Shown one piece after another: positions 38,839 through 47,552 of a stretch of DNA of 64,000 nucleotides (position 1 is the first letter of the stretch; every line of letters starts with the position of its first letter). The notes under the pieces are model-generated. The model was not told the origin of the DNA, made no database searches, and saw only the letters and a list, made by a program, of their open reading frames with translations. Made by a program: the position numbers and the translations under genes. Origin of the DNA: a virus; the IMG/VR virus record IMGVR_UViG_3300042375_000763, positions 1-64,000 of that record, one strand, 5' to 3'.

Positions 38839-38920
38839 TGGTACTCGCGATAGGACTCGAACCTACATCTTACCTCCAGTTAGCTTTGGCACCGTTCGTA
38901 GCGGTGGGGCGTACGCGAGC
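38839..38920 (-). tRNA. D-armless tRNA-Arg(ACG)-like RNA
   Basis: Acceptor, CACCG-CTACGAA-CGGTG, T-arm and CCA; 7-nt linker in place of the D-arm; 23-nt variable region. Confidence 0.7.
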
Positions 38921-38928
38921 ATTATAAG

Positions 38929-38988
38929 CAGGATCATTTGTTTTTCAAACCAAAATTGAAATTTTCGCTTGTTTGCGGAACTGATCCT
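38929..38988 (-). ncRNA. Clamp-motif RNA copy 4
   Basis: AGGATCA-GTTCCGCAA...TTCAA-TTTTGGT-TTGAA...TGATCCTG. Confidence 0.6.
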
Positions 38989-39110
38989 TTTAGAATTATT
39001 TATATCGGTTTGTCGCAGACACCGTAAAACTGCTTCCGATTGACTAGACGCAGAGCATCACCTCTGTAGGACCGGTGTCCCGAAACCGCCATTGTACAAT
39101 CTTCTAAATT

Positions 39111-39185
39111 TGGTCCTAGGTAGAGGATTCGAACCTCATCTTCCTCAGTCACAGTGAGGAGTGCAACCATTACACCTTACCTAGG
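39111..39185 (-). tRNA. tRNA-His(GUG) with A73
   Basis: CCTCA-CTGTGAC-TGAGG; ends GGA-CCA. Confidence 0.82.
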
Positions 39186-39194
39186 ATAAAAATA

Positions 39195-39410
39195 TTACTC
39201 TTTGCTATTAACAGCAGAAGCAACTCGTGTTGCAATTTCAATCTGCTTCTCTTCTGTTTTACCAAGAATTAGTAGTAAAATTGTAGATAGCAGTCCAAAA
39301 ATTGCACCACCTACAGCCCATCCAATTGCATTACGGCCACGTTCGGTAGCAAGATAGTGATTCAACCATGCCATAAGAGCAGCTGTAATTAGAATTACTA
39401 AAAGTTCCAT
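39195..39410 (-). CDS. Small two-TM membrane protein
   Basis: A.ERGRNAIGW hairpin. Confidence 0.7.
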   Translation of the reverse strand: MELLVILITAALMAWLNHYLATERGRNAIGWAVGGAIFGLLSTILLLILGKTEEKQIEIATRVASAVNSKE

Positions 39411-39442
39411 ATATTTTCTTTCTATTCATGATCATATAAATT

Positions 39443-39517
39443 TGGCTGGGGGAGGAGGGCTCGAACCTCCGACATCCTGATTCAAAGTCAGGCGCTCTAC
39501 CACTGAACTATCCCCCA
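39443..39517 (-). tRNA. tRNA-Gln(UUG)
   Basis: Cloverleaf. Confidence 0.92.
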
Positions 39518-39568
39518 ACGAATTGGTACTCGGTTATATTATTAGTATAAACCGATTCTATAGAAATG

Positions 39569-39823
39569 TCAATCGTTAATCCAATTCTTCATCCAACCTT
39601 TACCTTCAGGTCGTTCTACAACGGCAAACACCGAGTCTTTATGAACTGACCAATTGGTACCTGGTGTGTATGAACCTTTTTCTTCAACACCTTTAAAAGA
39701 CATTTTATTCACCTTTGTCACTTTAACCCAAGCACCGTGACCACCACGATTGCGGCATGGAACAAATACTTCGGTTCCTACAGTAATATCAAATTCTTTA
39801 CCGTAGATTGAAGTGACTTTCAT
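39569..39823 (-). CDS. Hypothetical early protein
   Basis: Early promoter and SD. Confidence 0.6.
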   Translation of the reverse strand: MKVTSIYGKEFDITVGTEVFVPCRNRGGHGAWVKVTKVNKMSFKGVEEKGSYTPGTNWSVHKDSVFAVVERPEGKGWMKNWIND

Positions 39824-39992
39824 CGTGTTTCCTTTTCATTCCGTATATTATTAGTATAAACTGATTCTATACGAATGTCAACAGAAAATGTTTGTCTGTC
39901 ACTCTCCAGACTGCCACCCATAAAATAATATTGCATCACAGTTTCAGGGTCACGATGCAAGGGTATCGTCTCTCTTTAAGAGACTCTAATAT

Positions 39993-40106
39993 CAGGATCA
40001 TTTATTTGCCGGTTGCCTTTACCATTTGGCCACAAAGATCTTGTGTGATCTAAGGTAGGACTTGAACCTACAATCTACTGGTTGTTAAAATTGCTGTATT
40101 GATCCT
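39993..40106 (-). ncRNA. Clamp-motif RNA copy 5 with a circularly permuted tRNA module
   Basis: T-arm GTAGG-TTCAAGT-CCTAC precedes a loop-closed acceptor and the D-arm GCC-AAATGGTAAA-GGC. Confidence 0.7.
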
Positions 40107-40112
40107 TAAACT

Positions 40113-40187
40113 TGGAGCGGACGATGAGATTCGAACTCACGACCTGATGCTTGGCAAGCATCTGCTCTACCACTGAGCTACGTCCGC
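40113..40187 (-). tRNA. tRNA-Gly(GCC)
   Basis: Cloverleaf, U73. Confidence 0.92.
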
Positions 40188-40286
40188 AATATAAAATACA
40201 ATGGAATAATGAGTGAGGTAGCGAACCATCATCTTGTTAATTTCCGTATCTAGACTTCTAAAACTCAGATACAACCATTGTAATCT

Positions 40287-40363
<77 letters not shown>

Positions 40364-40375
40364 ATAAACTTTATA

Positions 40376-40529
40376 ATTGAAAGAACGCTATAGGGTAATT
40401 AATCCTATTCGAGGACGCTGTTTGCAACCAACGTTTGATCCTAACTTTTGTGTTACAGATTCGAACTGTCCCTGCCAGCAAAGGCCGTGCATCCATTTAC
40501 ACCTTACGCTACTTGTCTGTTCCTTCAAT
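40376..40529 (-). ncRNA. tRNA-domain-containing ncRNA (manA-like), copy A
   Basis: Terminal stem, AAGTAGCG, D-like and T-like arms, AAAAGTTAGGATCA; homologous to 46077-46257. Confidence 0.6.
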
Positions 40530-40566
40530 AATAAAGTCTGTAATTTATTATGTTTATTTTTCTAAA

Positions 40567-40580
40567 TTGTCAAAGAGCGG
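40567..40580 (-). promoter_or_regulatory. boxA-like antitermination site
   Basis: CCGCTCTTTGACAA just downstream of a promoter; also at 44137-44148, 46639-46652, 47322-47334. Confidence 0.7.
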
Positions 40581-40616
40581 TTATTAAGTTTACCATATAC
40601 TGATTCTGTGTGTTTG

Positions 40617-40922
40617 TCAACCGAAAAGTTGTTCGGTAATCACGTTAATTTCCTTCGAAGATTGCTTACGAGCTTTACCTTCAAGAGAAGCATCATAGTC
40701 TTTGTAAGCAACTTCAACCTTATAACCAAGTTCATCACCTGATTGTTCACCGATAAACATCATTTCATAAAGACATTTGACGGTGACTTTCAGACTTTCT
40801 TTAGAACCATCATGAGACATTTCCATGATATTGGCGACCGATCTACGACCGTCTTCATCAGACTCAATCCAAAGTACACGGATTGCAGTATCGGAAGCTT
40901 TTTCGAAGATGTATTGGTTCAT
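40617..40922 (-). CDS. Hypothetical early protein
   Basis: Early promoter and SD. Confidence 0.6.
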   Translation of the reverse strand: MNQYIFEKASDTAIRVLWIESDEDGRRSVANIMEMSHDGSKESLKVTVKCLYEMMFIGEQSGDELGYKVEVAYKDYDASLEGKARKQSSKEINVITEQLFG

Positions 40923-40987
40923 GTTCGGTTCCTTTCCTTATATAATCAATATATACTGATTCTGTAAGGATGTCAACCATTATTTTT

Positions 40988-41208
40988 CTGGATCAACTTT
41001 TTGCGTAACCTGCTCTACTACCTGAGCTACTCTCCCATCAAAGATACTGCACGCTAGTTTATACCCAATTGTCTCGCCATATAAGCCTATTAATATCTTA
41101 TACAAGAAAGGTTGTCATAAACTAACAGTATCCGTGGTGGGAGAGGAAGGATTTGAACCTCCGACACGGCCCATTTCAAGGATGCTAATTTGTTGCTGTA
41201 ATGATCCA
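40988..41208 (-). ncRNA. Clamp-motif RNA copy 6: permuted tRNA-Phe-like RNA with a 98-nt intervening hairpin
   Basis: TTGAAAT-GGGCC-GTGTC-T-arm-CTCTCCC-ACCA, insert at 41037-41134, GGGAGAG-D-arm. Confidence 0.75.
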
Positions 41209-41316
41209 TTTTGTATTTGTCAAGCCAGAGCGTCACCAGTGTCGTGGATAGAATGTCTATAGTCACCTATATAAACTCAATCCATGATACCTGGCTATCA
41301 TCTGGCTGTCAGGAAT

Positions 41317-41389
41317 TGGAGCGGGTAGCCGGAATCGAACCGGTCTCCTGCAGATTGGAAATCTGATTGGTTGCCATAACCTTACCCGC
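41317..41389 (-). tRNA. tRNA-Gly(UCC)
   Basis: Cloverleaf, short D-loop. Confidence 0.82.
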
Positions 41390-41395
41390 ATTGAT

Positions 41396-41470
41396 TGGTC
41401 AGTGTGACAAGGATTGAACTTGCGACTTCTAGTTTCCAAAACTAGCACTCTACCACTGAGCTACACACTG
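41396..41470 (-). tRNA. tRNA-Pro(UGG), A37 variant
   Basis: CTAGT-TTTGGAA-ACTAG, C1-G72, A73. Confidence 0.85.
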
Positions 41471-41579
41471 ATATTCGTACTCCGAGGGTCTGAATCTCGG
41501 GAGCCGAGGAAGAGAGGGATAACCTTCAAAGCCAATACAGACAATAGGCTCGGGTCAGTGCGCTTTTCTTCCTAATAAT

Positions 41580-41663
41580 TGGTGCCCAGAGAGGGATTTG
41601 AACCCTCACGCAATTAAGCGCCACCTACTCAAGATGGTGTGTCTACCGTTTCACCACCTGGGC
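41580..41663 (-). tRNA. tRNA-Leu(GAG), U37
   Basis: Loop UU-GAG-UA, variable arm. Confidence 0.85.
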
Positions 41664-41665
41664 AT

Positions 41666-41911
41666 TTAAATTATGCGCGGCGATGGCCATAGACCACGCA
41701 TACAAATAATGTAGTGCAGTCCGTCCATCGGTGCTTGTAGTTTGGGAAGAGCAAAATTGTGGCCGACGGTGCCACCATAAGTATTCCCAACTAAAGCATA
41801 AATTGCTTGTTCTTCATTTACATTTAAAAGTCTACCATCACATGGTAGATAACCTTCTGGTGCATAATTAAATGCTACAAGTTTAACAGTACCTAATAGT
41901 TCTTCGTCCAT
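41666..41911 (-). CDS. Phage tail-collar domain protein
   Basis: LGTVKLVAFNYAPEGYLPCDGRLL...YALVGNTYGG...FALPKL...YIIC..G.WP. Confidence 0.85.
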   Translation of the reverse strand: MDEELLGTVKLVAFNYAPEGYLPCDGRLLNVNEEQAIYALVGNTYGGTVGHNFALPKLQAPMDGLHYIICMRGLWPSPRII

Positions 41912-41937
41912 ATTTTTTCCTTCATATCAAAGTATAA

Positions 41938-42012
41938 TGGTAGTCCGTAAAGGGATCAAACCTTTGACCTTCTCCGTGTAAAGGAGTTGCTCTATCGCTG
42001 AGCTAACGGACC
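41938..42012 (-). tRNA. tRNA-Val(UAC)
   Basis: Cloverleaf. Confidence 0.85.
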
Positions 42013-42019
42013 GTTATTT

Positions 42020-42103
42020 TGGTGCGCCTGGAGGGACTTGAACCCCCACGCCCGAAGGCACTGCATTCTAAGTGCAGCGTGGCTGCCATTACACCACAAG
42101 CGC
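42020..42103 (-). tRNA. tRNA-Leu(UAG)
   Basis: Cloverleaf, A37. Confidence 0.9.
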
Positions 42104-42111
42104 ATAAACTT

Positions 42112-42187
42112 TGGCTGCCCCTCGTGGACTCGAACCACGGTTTCCTGATTCAGAGTCAGGCGTCCTACCGGCATAGACGAAGGGGCA
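42112..42187 (-). tRNA. tRNA-Gln(CUG)
   Basis: Cloverleaf. Confidence 0.9.
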
Positions 42188-42236
42188 AAAATTTCAGCCG
42201 GAAATTCTTTAGTCAGGCGCCGGATCGCCTCGTTAA

Positions 42237-42319
42237 TGGTGTCAATCAAGGAATTGAACCTTGTCATAGCGTGACATGACGCCTGTGATATCTGTGCTGT
42301 TAGCAAACCTGCATTGACA
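42237..42319 (-). ncRNA. tRNA-like RNA (acceptor, T-arm and CCA; aberrant D/anticodon region)
   Basis: TGTCAAT/ATTGACA-CCA and CAAGG-TTCAATT-CCTTG. Confidence 0.55.
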
Positions 42320-42326
42320 TGTTTAT

Positions 42327-42402
42327 TGGTGGACCATGACGGTAACGATCCGTCTCTTCCGCATTGCAAGTGCGGTGTGCTACCCTCTATCACTAATGGC
42401 CC
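42327..42402 (-). tRNA. tRNA-Ala(UGC)
   Basis: G3-U70, loop CU-UGC-AA. Confidence 0.88.
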
Positions 42403-42760
42403 ATAAATTCTGCTGGTTCTCACGTTGTCGAACCGAATGCTGTCTAGAATTTCGACCCGTGCTGGATTTACAGCATCTAAGGTATCTAGATCAAACTCAA
42501 ATTGGACAAGGAGCGGGAAGTTGAACCCACCAGCACGAACCGATATTACCAGTATCATTATCATGCATGCCTGACGCCACCTTTCTTGCAAACTCTGGTA
42601 AAGTCTGCGGTACTTGGATCATCACCCCGTTGGTGCCTACGTTTGCCTCGACCAAATGGGAAGCGAGCATAGGACTTAGTTGATATAGACTGGGCTGGTT
42701 TGCCGACTTGACCTATCTCTAGGGTCACACTCATAAGGGGTGACTATATCCAGTCTATTT

Positions 42761-42836
42761 TGGTGGATCTTATCAGTCTCGAACTGATTACCACGGACTT
42801 CCGCCCAGTGCTTTACCCATCTTAAGCTAAAGACCC
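42761..42836 (-). ncRNA. tRNA mimic with G3-U70/A73 and a GGAA-tetraloop-capped anticodon arm
   Basis: GGGTCTT/AAGATCC-A-CCA; TGGGC-GGAA-GTCCG. Confidence 0.65.
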
Positions 42837-42842
42837 AATGTT

Positions 42843-42919
42843 TGGTTGCGGGAGAAGGATTTGAACCTTCGACCTCTTGGTTATGAGCCAAGCGAGCTAC
42901 CGGACTGCTCTATCCCGCA
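42843..42919 (-). tRNA. tRNA-Met(CAU), initiator-like
   Basis: GAGCAGTCCGGTAGCTC D-arm, CU-CAU-AA, UUCAAAU. Confidence 0.88.
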
Positions 42920-43064
42920 AAAATCTATTTGTTACCTAGTCCTTTCGATTGACAGCCGCTAAACCAATCAATCTGGGTTCTGTCCGATTTTGACTCAAGT
43001 TGAAAGTTGCCATGGCAACCGCTCTCTATTGTCCCAGTAACACGTCCACCCAAAGTCCATTGAT

Positions 43065-43138
43065 TGGCGCACCTGACGGGACTCGAACCCGCCTTCACGG
43101 TTAGACAGACCGCGGCCTTCCCTGACGGCAACAGGTGC
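43065..43138 (-). tRNA. tRNA-Asp(GUC), U37
   Basis: Loop CU-GUC-UA, G73. Confidence 0.8.
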
Positions 43139-43147
43139 ATTGTATTT

Positions 43148-43222
43148 TGGCTCCTCAGACAGGATTCGAACCTATATTGAACAGATTAACAATCTGGAGC
43201 CTTACCTATCGGCCACTGAGGA
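43148..43222 (-). tRNA. tRNA-Asn(GUU)
   Basis: Cloverleaf, G73. Confidence 0.82.
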
Positions 43223-43721
43223 ACAATTCTTTTATATTTTCTTTATAAACCCATTCACCTTTTGCAATGTTAATTTTATAATGAGTTAGATAATATCTTT
43301 CTTCTTCTCTTGCATTTTCAACAACACGGTAATGTTCAACTTTATATCTTTTCATCGGATCATATGTTTGATAAGATCTTAAACGATTTACGAGATTTTT
43401 GGTCATACCAATTTTAATAAAACCATCAAAAGCAGGATTACTAATTAAATAAACAATTCCACTTTTTGTTTTTGTCTTTGATTTATTAGTTTTTACTTCT
43501 TCTATTTCTTCTCTTTGTAAATTTAATTTCAACAAAGATAAACCAGCTAATTTTAAAGCATAATTTTTATTAGAATTTGTTTTTGTATCACCATTGCCAG
43601 AATATTTTGAATATAAAGATACATAGTCTTCTTTCATACTATGGGTAATATCAAATATACCATTCGGTGGCAATGCATCTGTTTCAATCATCTCATAAAA
43701 AATAAAACTATCAAACTTCAC
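43206..43721 (-). CDS. GIY-YIG (T5orf172-like) endonuclease within the tRNA array
   Basis: GIVYLISNPAF...KIGMTKN...RL..YQT.DP...GEW; stop codon lies inside tRNA-Asn. Confidence 0.8.
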   Translation of the reverse strand: MKFDSFIFYEMIETDALPPNGIFDITHSMKEDYVSLYSKYSGNGDTKTNSNKNYALKLAGLSLLKLNLQREEIEEVKTNKSKTKTKSGIVYLISNPAFDGFIKIGMTKNLVNRLRSYQTYDPMKRYKVEHYRVVENAREEERYYLTHYKINIAKGEWVYKENIKELFLSGR

Positions 43722-43738
43722 AATATACTTTCTATATT

Positions 43739-43813
43739 TGGCAGGGGCCGCGAGAGTCGAACTCGCTTCTCAAGGTTTTGGAGGCCCGCGGATTACCGGT
43801 TTCCCTGACCCCT
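43739..43813 (-). tRNA. tRNA-Trp(CCA), weak anticodon stem
   Basis: Loop CU-CCA-AA, G73. Confidence 0.72.
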
Positions 43814-43824
43814 GCATTTAATTT

Positions 43825-43900
43825 TGGCTCCCAGTGACGGGCTCGAACCGCCGACCCAAGGATTAACAATCCTTTGCTCTACCAACTGAGCTAACTGGGA
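43825..43900 (-). tRNA. tRNA-Asn(GUU)
   Basis: Cloverleaf. Confidence 0.93.
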
Positions 43901-43906
43901 ACATTA

Positions 43907-44031
43907 TCTCTGTTTTCAGCTAAGGGTCACCAAGGAATTGAACCTTGCGTTCACTTTGTCGGAAGCTGCCGAAATCGCCGACACGATTAGGGCACTCACG
44001 GACCATCATGACCCTCATGTGAAAACAGAGA
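43907..44031 (-). ncRNA. TCTGTTTT-stem RNA family, copy A
   Basis: TCTGTTTTCA-CA...GC-TGAAAACAGA enclosing a T-arm. Confidence 0.6.
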
Positions 44032-44552
44032 GTATTCAATCTGGTCTTATCGGTTTGTCCGAGCCAGATAATCTCTGTTTTGTTTTTGTAAATCACGGTT
44101 TACAGTTTCATCAACTAACGTGATCAGATTTCTAAATTGTCAAAGAGCAAGATTAACATTCATCAACAAGACACTCATCACCCAGATTAGCATAGTCAAA
44201 GTCTGGGATATATTCCACTTCGATCCAACCTTTTTGGCGAAGCGAGAGCGCCTCATACCAATAGCAAGTAACTTTTTCCTTAGTAATTACATTTTGCATT
44301 ACGTAGGTTTCCATATTATTTCCTTTGGTTGGTTATAAGTTTAGTATAAACTGATTCTTACAGATTGTCAACCAATTTTCCGCGGATATTTTCAAGACCT
44401 TTATCTTTGATAACGGTCAACAGTTCCATGCAAGCATTGGATTTTTCAATCTCACCTGCAAGGAGAAAATCAGCAGCATTACGAGCAAGACGTTCAATCA
44501 GTTTGGTCATTGTCATGTTTCGGTTTCCTTTGTGTTACCTTATATATTTAAA

Positions 44553-44789
44553 CTATACCGATTCCATACGATTGTCAACCACTTTGTTGCGTCTTTGCTT
44601 CTTTTGTTTTTCAAGAAGTTTCTTGGCACGGATACGAGCCAAAGCATCTTCTTCGTCTTTTTGGAGATGCGCTGTTTTTGCAAACCTTGATACTTGACGG
44701 CGAAGTCGAGCAGCAATAGATCGTTTCCAGCGGGTTGCACGTGAAGGTTTTTCGAGTTTGATGTCGACATCTTCTTCTACAGTATCCAT
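44553..44789 (-). CDS. Basic hypothetical protein
   Basis: SD GGAG; Arg/Lys-rich. Confidence 0.55.
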   Translation of the reverse strand: MDTVEEDVDIKLEKPSRATRWKRSIAARLRRQVSRFAKTAHLQKDEEDALARIRAKKLLEKQKKQRRNKVVDNRMESV

Positions 44790-44815
44790 GGTATATTCTC
44801 CATTTTAAATTATGA

Positions 44816-44906
44816 TGGCAGATGGTGGAGGTATCGAACCCCTGACGGGTATCAGCCGTCACGCTAGTTTTCAAGACTAGTCGAAGCACCTGCTTCCGCA
44901 CCATCC
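44816..44906 (-). tRNA. tRNA-Ser(UGA), extended D-stem
   Basis: CTAGT-CTTGAAA-ACTAG, variable arm, G73. Confidence 0.82.
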
Positions 44907-44912
44907 ATAATT

Positions 44913-44997
44913 TGGTACCCCCTGCCGGACTCGAACCGGCACGCCATAACAGCTAGAGATTTTAAGTCTCTTGTGTCTACCATTCCACCAAGGAGGC
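44913..44997 (-). tRNA. tRNA-Leu(UAA)
   Basis: Cloverleaf. Confidence 0.92.
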
Positions 44998-45007
44998 ATT
45001 ATTTAAT

Positions 45008-45135
45008 CAGGATCAACTTTTTGCTACGCGTTTTACTACTAAACTAACCCCTGTCAGTGTATGGTCAGGGGTGTAGGAATTGCACCTACGACTCGATCTC
45101 CGAATGATATGCATATTTGTTGCTGAAATGATCCT
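45008..45135 (-). ncRNA. Clamp-motif RNA copy 7: permuted tRNA-Pro-like RNA
   Basis: TTCGGAG...GTAGG-TGCAATT-CCTAC-ACCCCTG-ACCA-linker-CAGGGGT-D-arm. Confidence 0.72.
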
Positions 45136-45141
45136 TTAATT

Positions 45142-45771
45142 TTATTTTTGTATTAGATAGTGTGTGTCATATGTAAATGCTACAACTTCATTATTTTTGG
45201 TATCTAGAATTGAAAACCCCAAATCCTTGAAGTATTTAAATAATTTGTCACGTTTAACTTGGTCACTTTTTATGTCAGATACTTGATGTGTTTCTAAGAC
45301 AATTGTAGGATAATCTCTAGTAAGAATTTCTTGTCCATGGTAAAATATTTCATATTCACCACCTTCAATATCACATTTAATAAAATCAACTTTGATATCT
45401 TTACAAAATGTATCAAGTGTTATTGATTGTACTTGTATAGTATTGTTTACTGAATGTCCCCATTTCTTGAGTTTTGCCAAACCTTCCATAATAGTGTGAC
45501 CACCATCATTTGCAGAACAAACAAAAAGATCAATAACACCATCTGATGTTCCAATTACTTTTTGTTCTATTTGAACATTTTGTTCAGTAACTTTAGCTTT
45601 AATCTTTGTTACATTGTCTGGGTGTGGTTCAAATGAATAAACTTTCCCAAATTTTGATGCAAGTAATTTTGAGTAAATTCCATGATTTGCTCCTATATCT
45701 AGTGCAATTCCATTTTCATTTACTTCTAAATTTGCTATTACGGTTGCAACCCAATCTTCATTTCTAGACAT
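45142..45771 (-). CDS. FkbM-family SAM methyltransferase
   Basis: LDIGANHG, SFEP, IKCDIEGGE. Confidence 0.9.
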   Translation of the reverse strand: MSRNEDWVATVIANLEVNENGIALDIGANHGIYSKLLASKFGKVYSFEPHPDNVTKIKAKVTEQNVQIEQKVIGTSDGVIDLFVCSANDGGHTIMEGLAKLKKWGHSVNNTIQVQSITLDTFCKDIKVDFIKCDIEGGEYEIFYHGQEILTRDYPTIVLETHQVSDIKSDQVKRDKLFKYFKDLGFSILDTKNNEVVAFTYDTHYLIQK

Positions 45772-45921
45772 AAATTGCCCTCTTAAAATACTATAATTAA
45801 CACCATCTTACTTCTCTGACCTTGGCTCGGGCTGCCTTGGATCAGTTCATCGCAGTATTCCGCTAAGAACCTATCAACCTCATCCCTCTTTTACTCTTGG
45901 TGATAGGCGATGGTGTGTATT

Positions 45922-45996
45922 TGGAGCGGGTAGCCGGCATCGAACCGGTCCTCTCTAGCTTGGAAGGCTAGGGCACATCCTCTATACCATACCCGC
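45922..45996 (-). tRNA. tRNA-Gly(UCC)
   Basis: Cloverleaf. Confidence 0.88.
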
Positions 45997-46076
45997 AATG
46001 TTTTTGGCTCTGCTCAGGCTATGTTGAGCGACTTAGTTGCTTCTTCGATCAGGCCGAAGCAATACCGATAAGTTTA

Positions 46077-46257
46077 TTAGACCTCATAATTGAAGAAATA
46101 TTGTTGGTTAGCTACTCCAAACTAGGGAACTGTTTCGAACCAGTGATCCCAGCTTTTCATGGTAAGGATTCGAACCTTGTCTCCCGCTTCACGCGGGCGT
46201 GCTATCCGGGTTGCACCATTCCACTACTTTACCTATTTCCTCAATGATGAGGTCTAA
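46077..46257 (-). ncRNA. tRNA-domain-containing ncRNA (manA-like), copy B
   Basis: ~24-bp terminal stem; AAGTAGTG, D/T-like arms, AAAAGCTGGGATCA. Confidence 0.65.
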
Positions 46258-46262
46258 AAATT

Positions 46263-46339
46263 TGGTGGTCCCTGTAGGATTCGAACCTACGACATTCCGC
46301 TTAGAAGGCGGATGCTCTATCCAACTGAGCTAAGGAACC
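46263..46339 (-). tRNA. tRNA-Arg(UCU)
   Basis: Cloverleaf. Confidence 0.93.
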
Positions 46340-46416
46340 AATGTGTTTGGCTCTACCCATCCGCTCTTGGGCGATTTAACTGGTGGTGATTTGATTAACA
46401 CCAGTACCGATATGTT

Positions 46417-46493
46417 TGGTAGGGGATGACGGACTCGAACCGCCAACCGTCTTCTTATGAGGAAGCTGAACTAACCAATTGTTCTAATCCCCC
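46417..46493 (-). tRNA. tRNA(CAU): Ile2 or elongator Met
   Basis: Loop CU-CAU-AA, non-initiator body. Confidence 0.8.
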
Positions 46494-46497
46494 AAAC

Positions 46498-46615
46498 TCT
46501 GTTTTGAGCGATATACATTGCCACGATGTTCTCTGCTGTGTTTCAAGCAACACTGTCATGTCTACCCGCTTACATCTTTCGACTGGTGCACGCCATGTAT
46601 ATCTGTCAAAACAGA
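46498..46615 (-). ncRNA. TCTGTTTT-stem RNA family, copy B
   Basis: TCTGTTTTGA-CA...GC-TCAAAACAGA (compensatory G-C pair). Confidence 0.55.
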
Positions 46616-46922
46616 ATTTAATCTGTTTTAGTTCTAAATTGTCAAAGAGCGGTTTGTCATTCAGGGTTTACAGTTTCATCAACTAACCTGATTTATAAGT
46701 TTATATTATACTGATTCTGTGGTTTTGTCAACCGTTTTATGCAAAACCACCAGATTTCAAGCGAGAATAAACAGTCCCATCTTCAACACGAATGAAGAAA
46801 CCATCATCTTCAATGATCTTCTGACCTTTGTAGAAGCTGCCGACGAGATTTTGTTTCATTTGGTTTCCTTTACCTTATATAATCAATATATACTGATTCT
46901 ATAGTAATGTCAACCATTATTT

Positions 46923-47012
46923 TGGCGGAGTCGGGGGAGCACGATTCCCATGGTATTTCTACCACGTTCTGCTTTCCAAGCAGACCTGCCAACCTTGACA
47001 GCTCTCAACTCC
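46923..47012 (-). tRNA. tRNA-Ser(GGA), non-canonical D-arm and T-loop
   Basis: TCTGC-TTGGAAA-GCAGA, G73. Confidence 0.8.
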
Positions 47013-47019
47013 ATAATTT

Positions 47020-47095
<76 letters not shown>

Positions 47096-47100
47096 ATTAT

Positions 47101-47203
47101 TTCTGTTTTCAGCTGCTCTTTTTGGATTCGAACCAGTCCAACCAACTAAATGGGCGAGGTTAACCGTACTACATTACGGACTAAAGAGCATGTGAAAACA
47201 GAA
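47101..47203 (-). ncRNA. TCTGTTTT-stem RNA family, copy C
   Basis: TCTGTTTTCA-CA-TGCTCTTT...TTCGAAT...AAAGAGCA-GC-TGAAAACAGA. Confidence 0.6.
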
Positions 47204-47386
47204 TTTTCAGTATTCCGAAGAATACCTCTAACAAAGGAACATTCAGACACATTCGTCAGTTTGTTCTTCTGTTTTTCAGATCTATTATCGAGTTTCCTCT
47301 AAGACCACAAGGAGTAATTAGTTTCAAAGAGCGGTTTGATTTCCTTTATAAGTCAGTTATAAACCGATTCTCTTATATTGTCAACC

Positions 47387-47425
47387 AAAATAAAAAGGCC
47401 CAGGGTTTTATTCCTGGGCCTTTTT
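47387..47425 (-). terminator. Intrinsic terminator of the putative attenuator
   Basis: AAAAAGGCCCAGG-AATAAAAC-CCTGGGCCTTTTT-ATTTT. Confidence 0.85.
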
Positions 47426-47453
47426 GAGATAGAATTTTTATCGAATTTCTATG

Positions 47454-47552
47454 TCAAAACAGCCCACTTCCTCTGCCTATGAGCACTTGGCGACCAGGAT
47501 TATTATCCTGTGTCCATTGCGCTGATAATGAGGAGACGTGTAGGGAAGTCAT
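47454..47552 (-). CDS. Putative attenuator leader peptide (32 aa; not in the ORF track)
   Basis: MTSLHVSSLSAQWTQDNNPGRQVLIGRGSGLF*; SD GAGAG; late promoter at 47582-47589; stop codon lies inside the antiterminator strand. Confidence 0.65.
   Translation of the reverse strand: MTSLHVSSLSAQWTQDNNPGRQVLIGRGSGLF

Noticed and set aside
41263-44904. Minus-strand ORFs 41263-41448, 41992-42591, 42676-42891, 42925-43140 and 44611-44904
   Set aside because: They overlap tRNA or tRNA-like genes and are chance open frames.
44097-46687. Hammerhead ribozyme from TTGATGAAAC
   Set aside because: It lacks the CUGANGA core and stem II.
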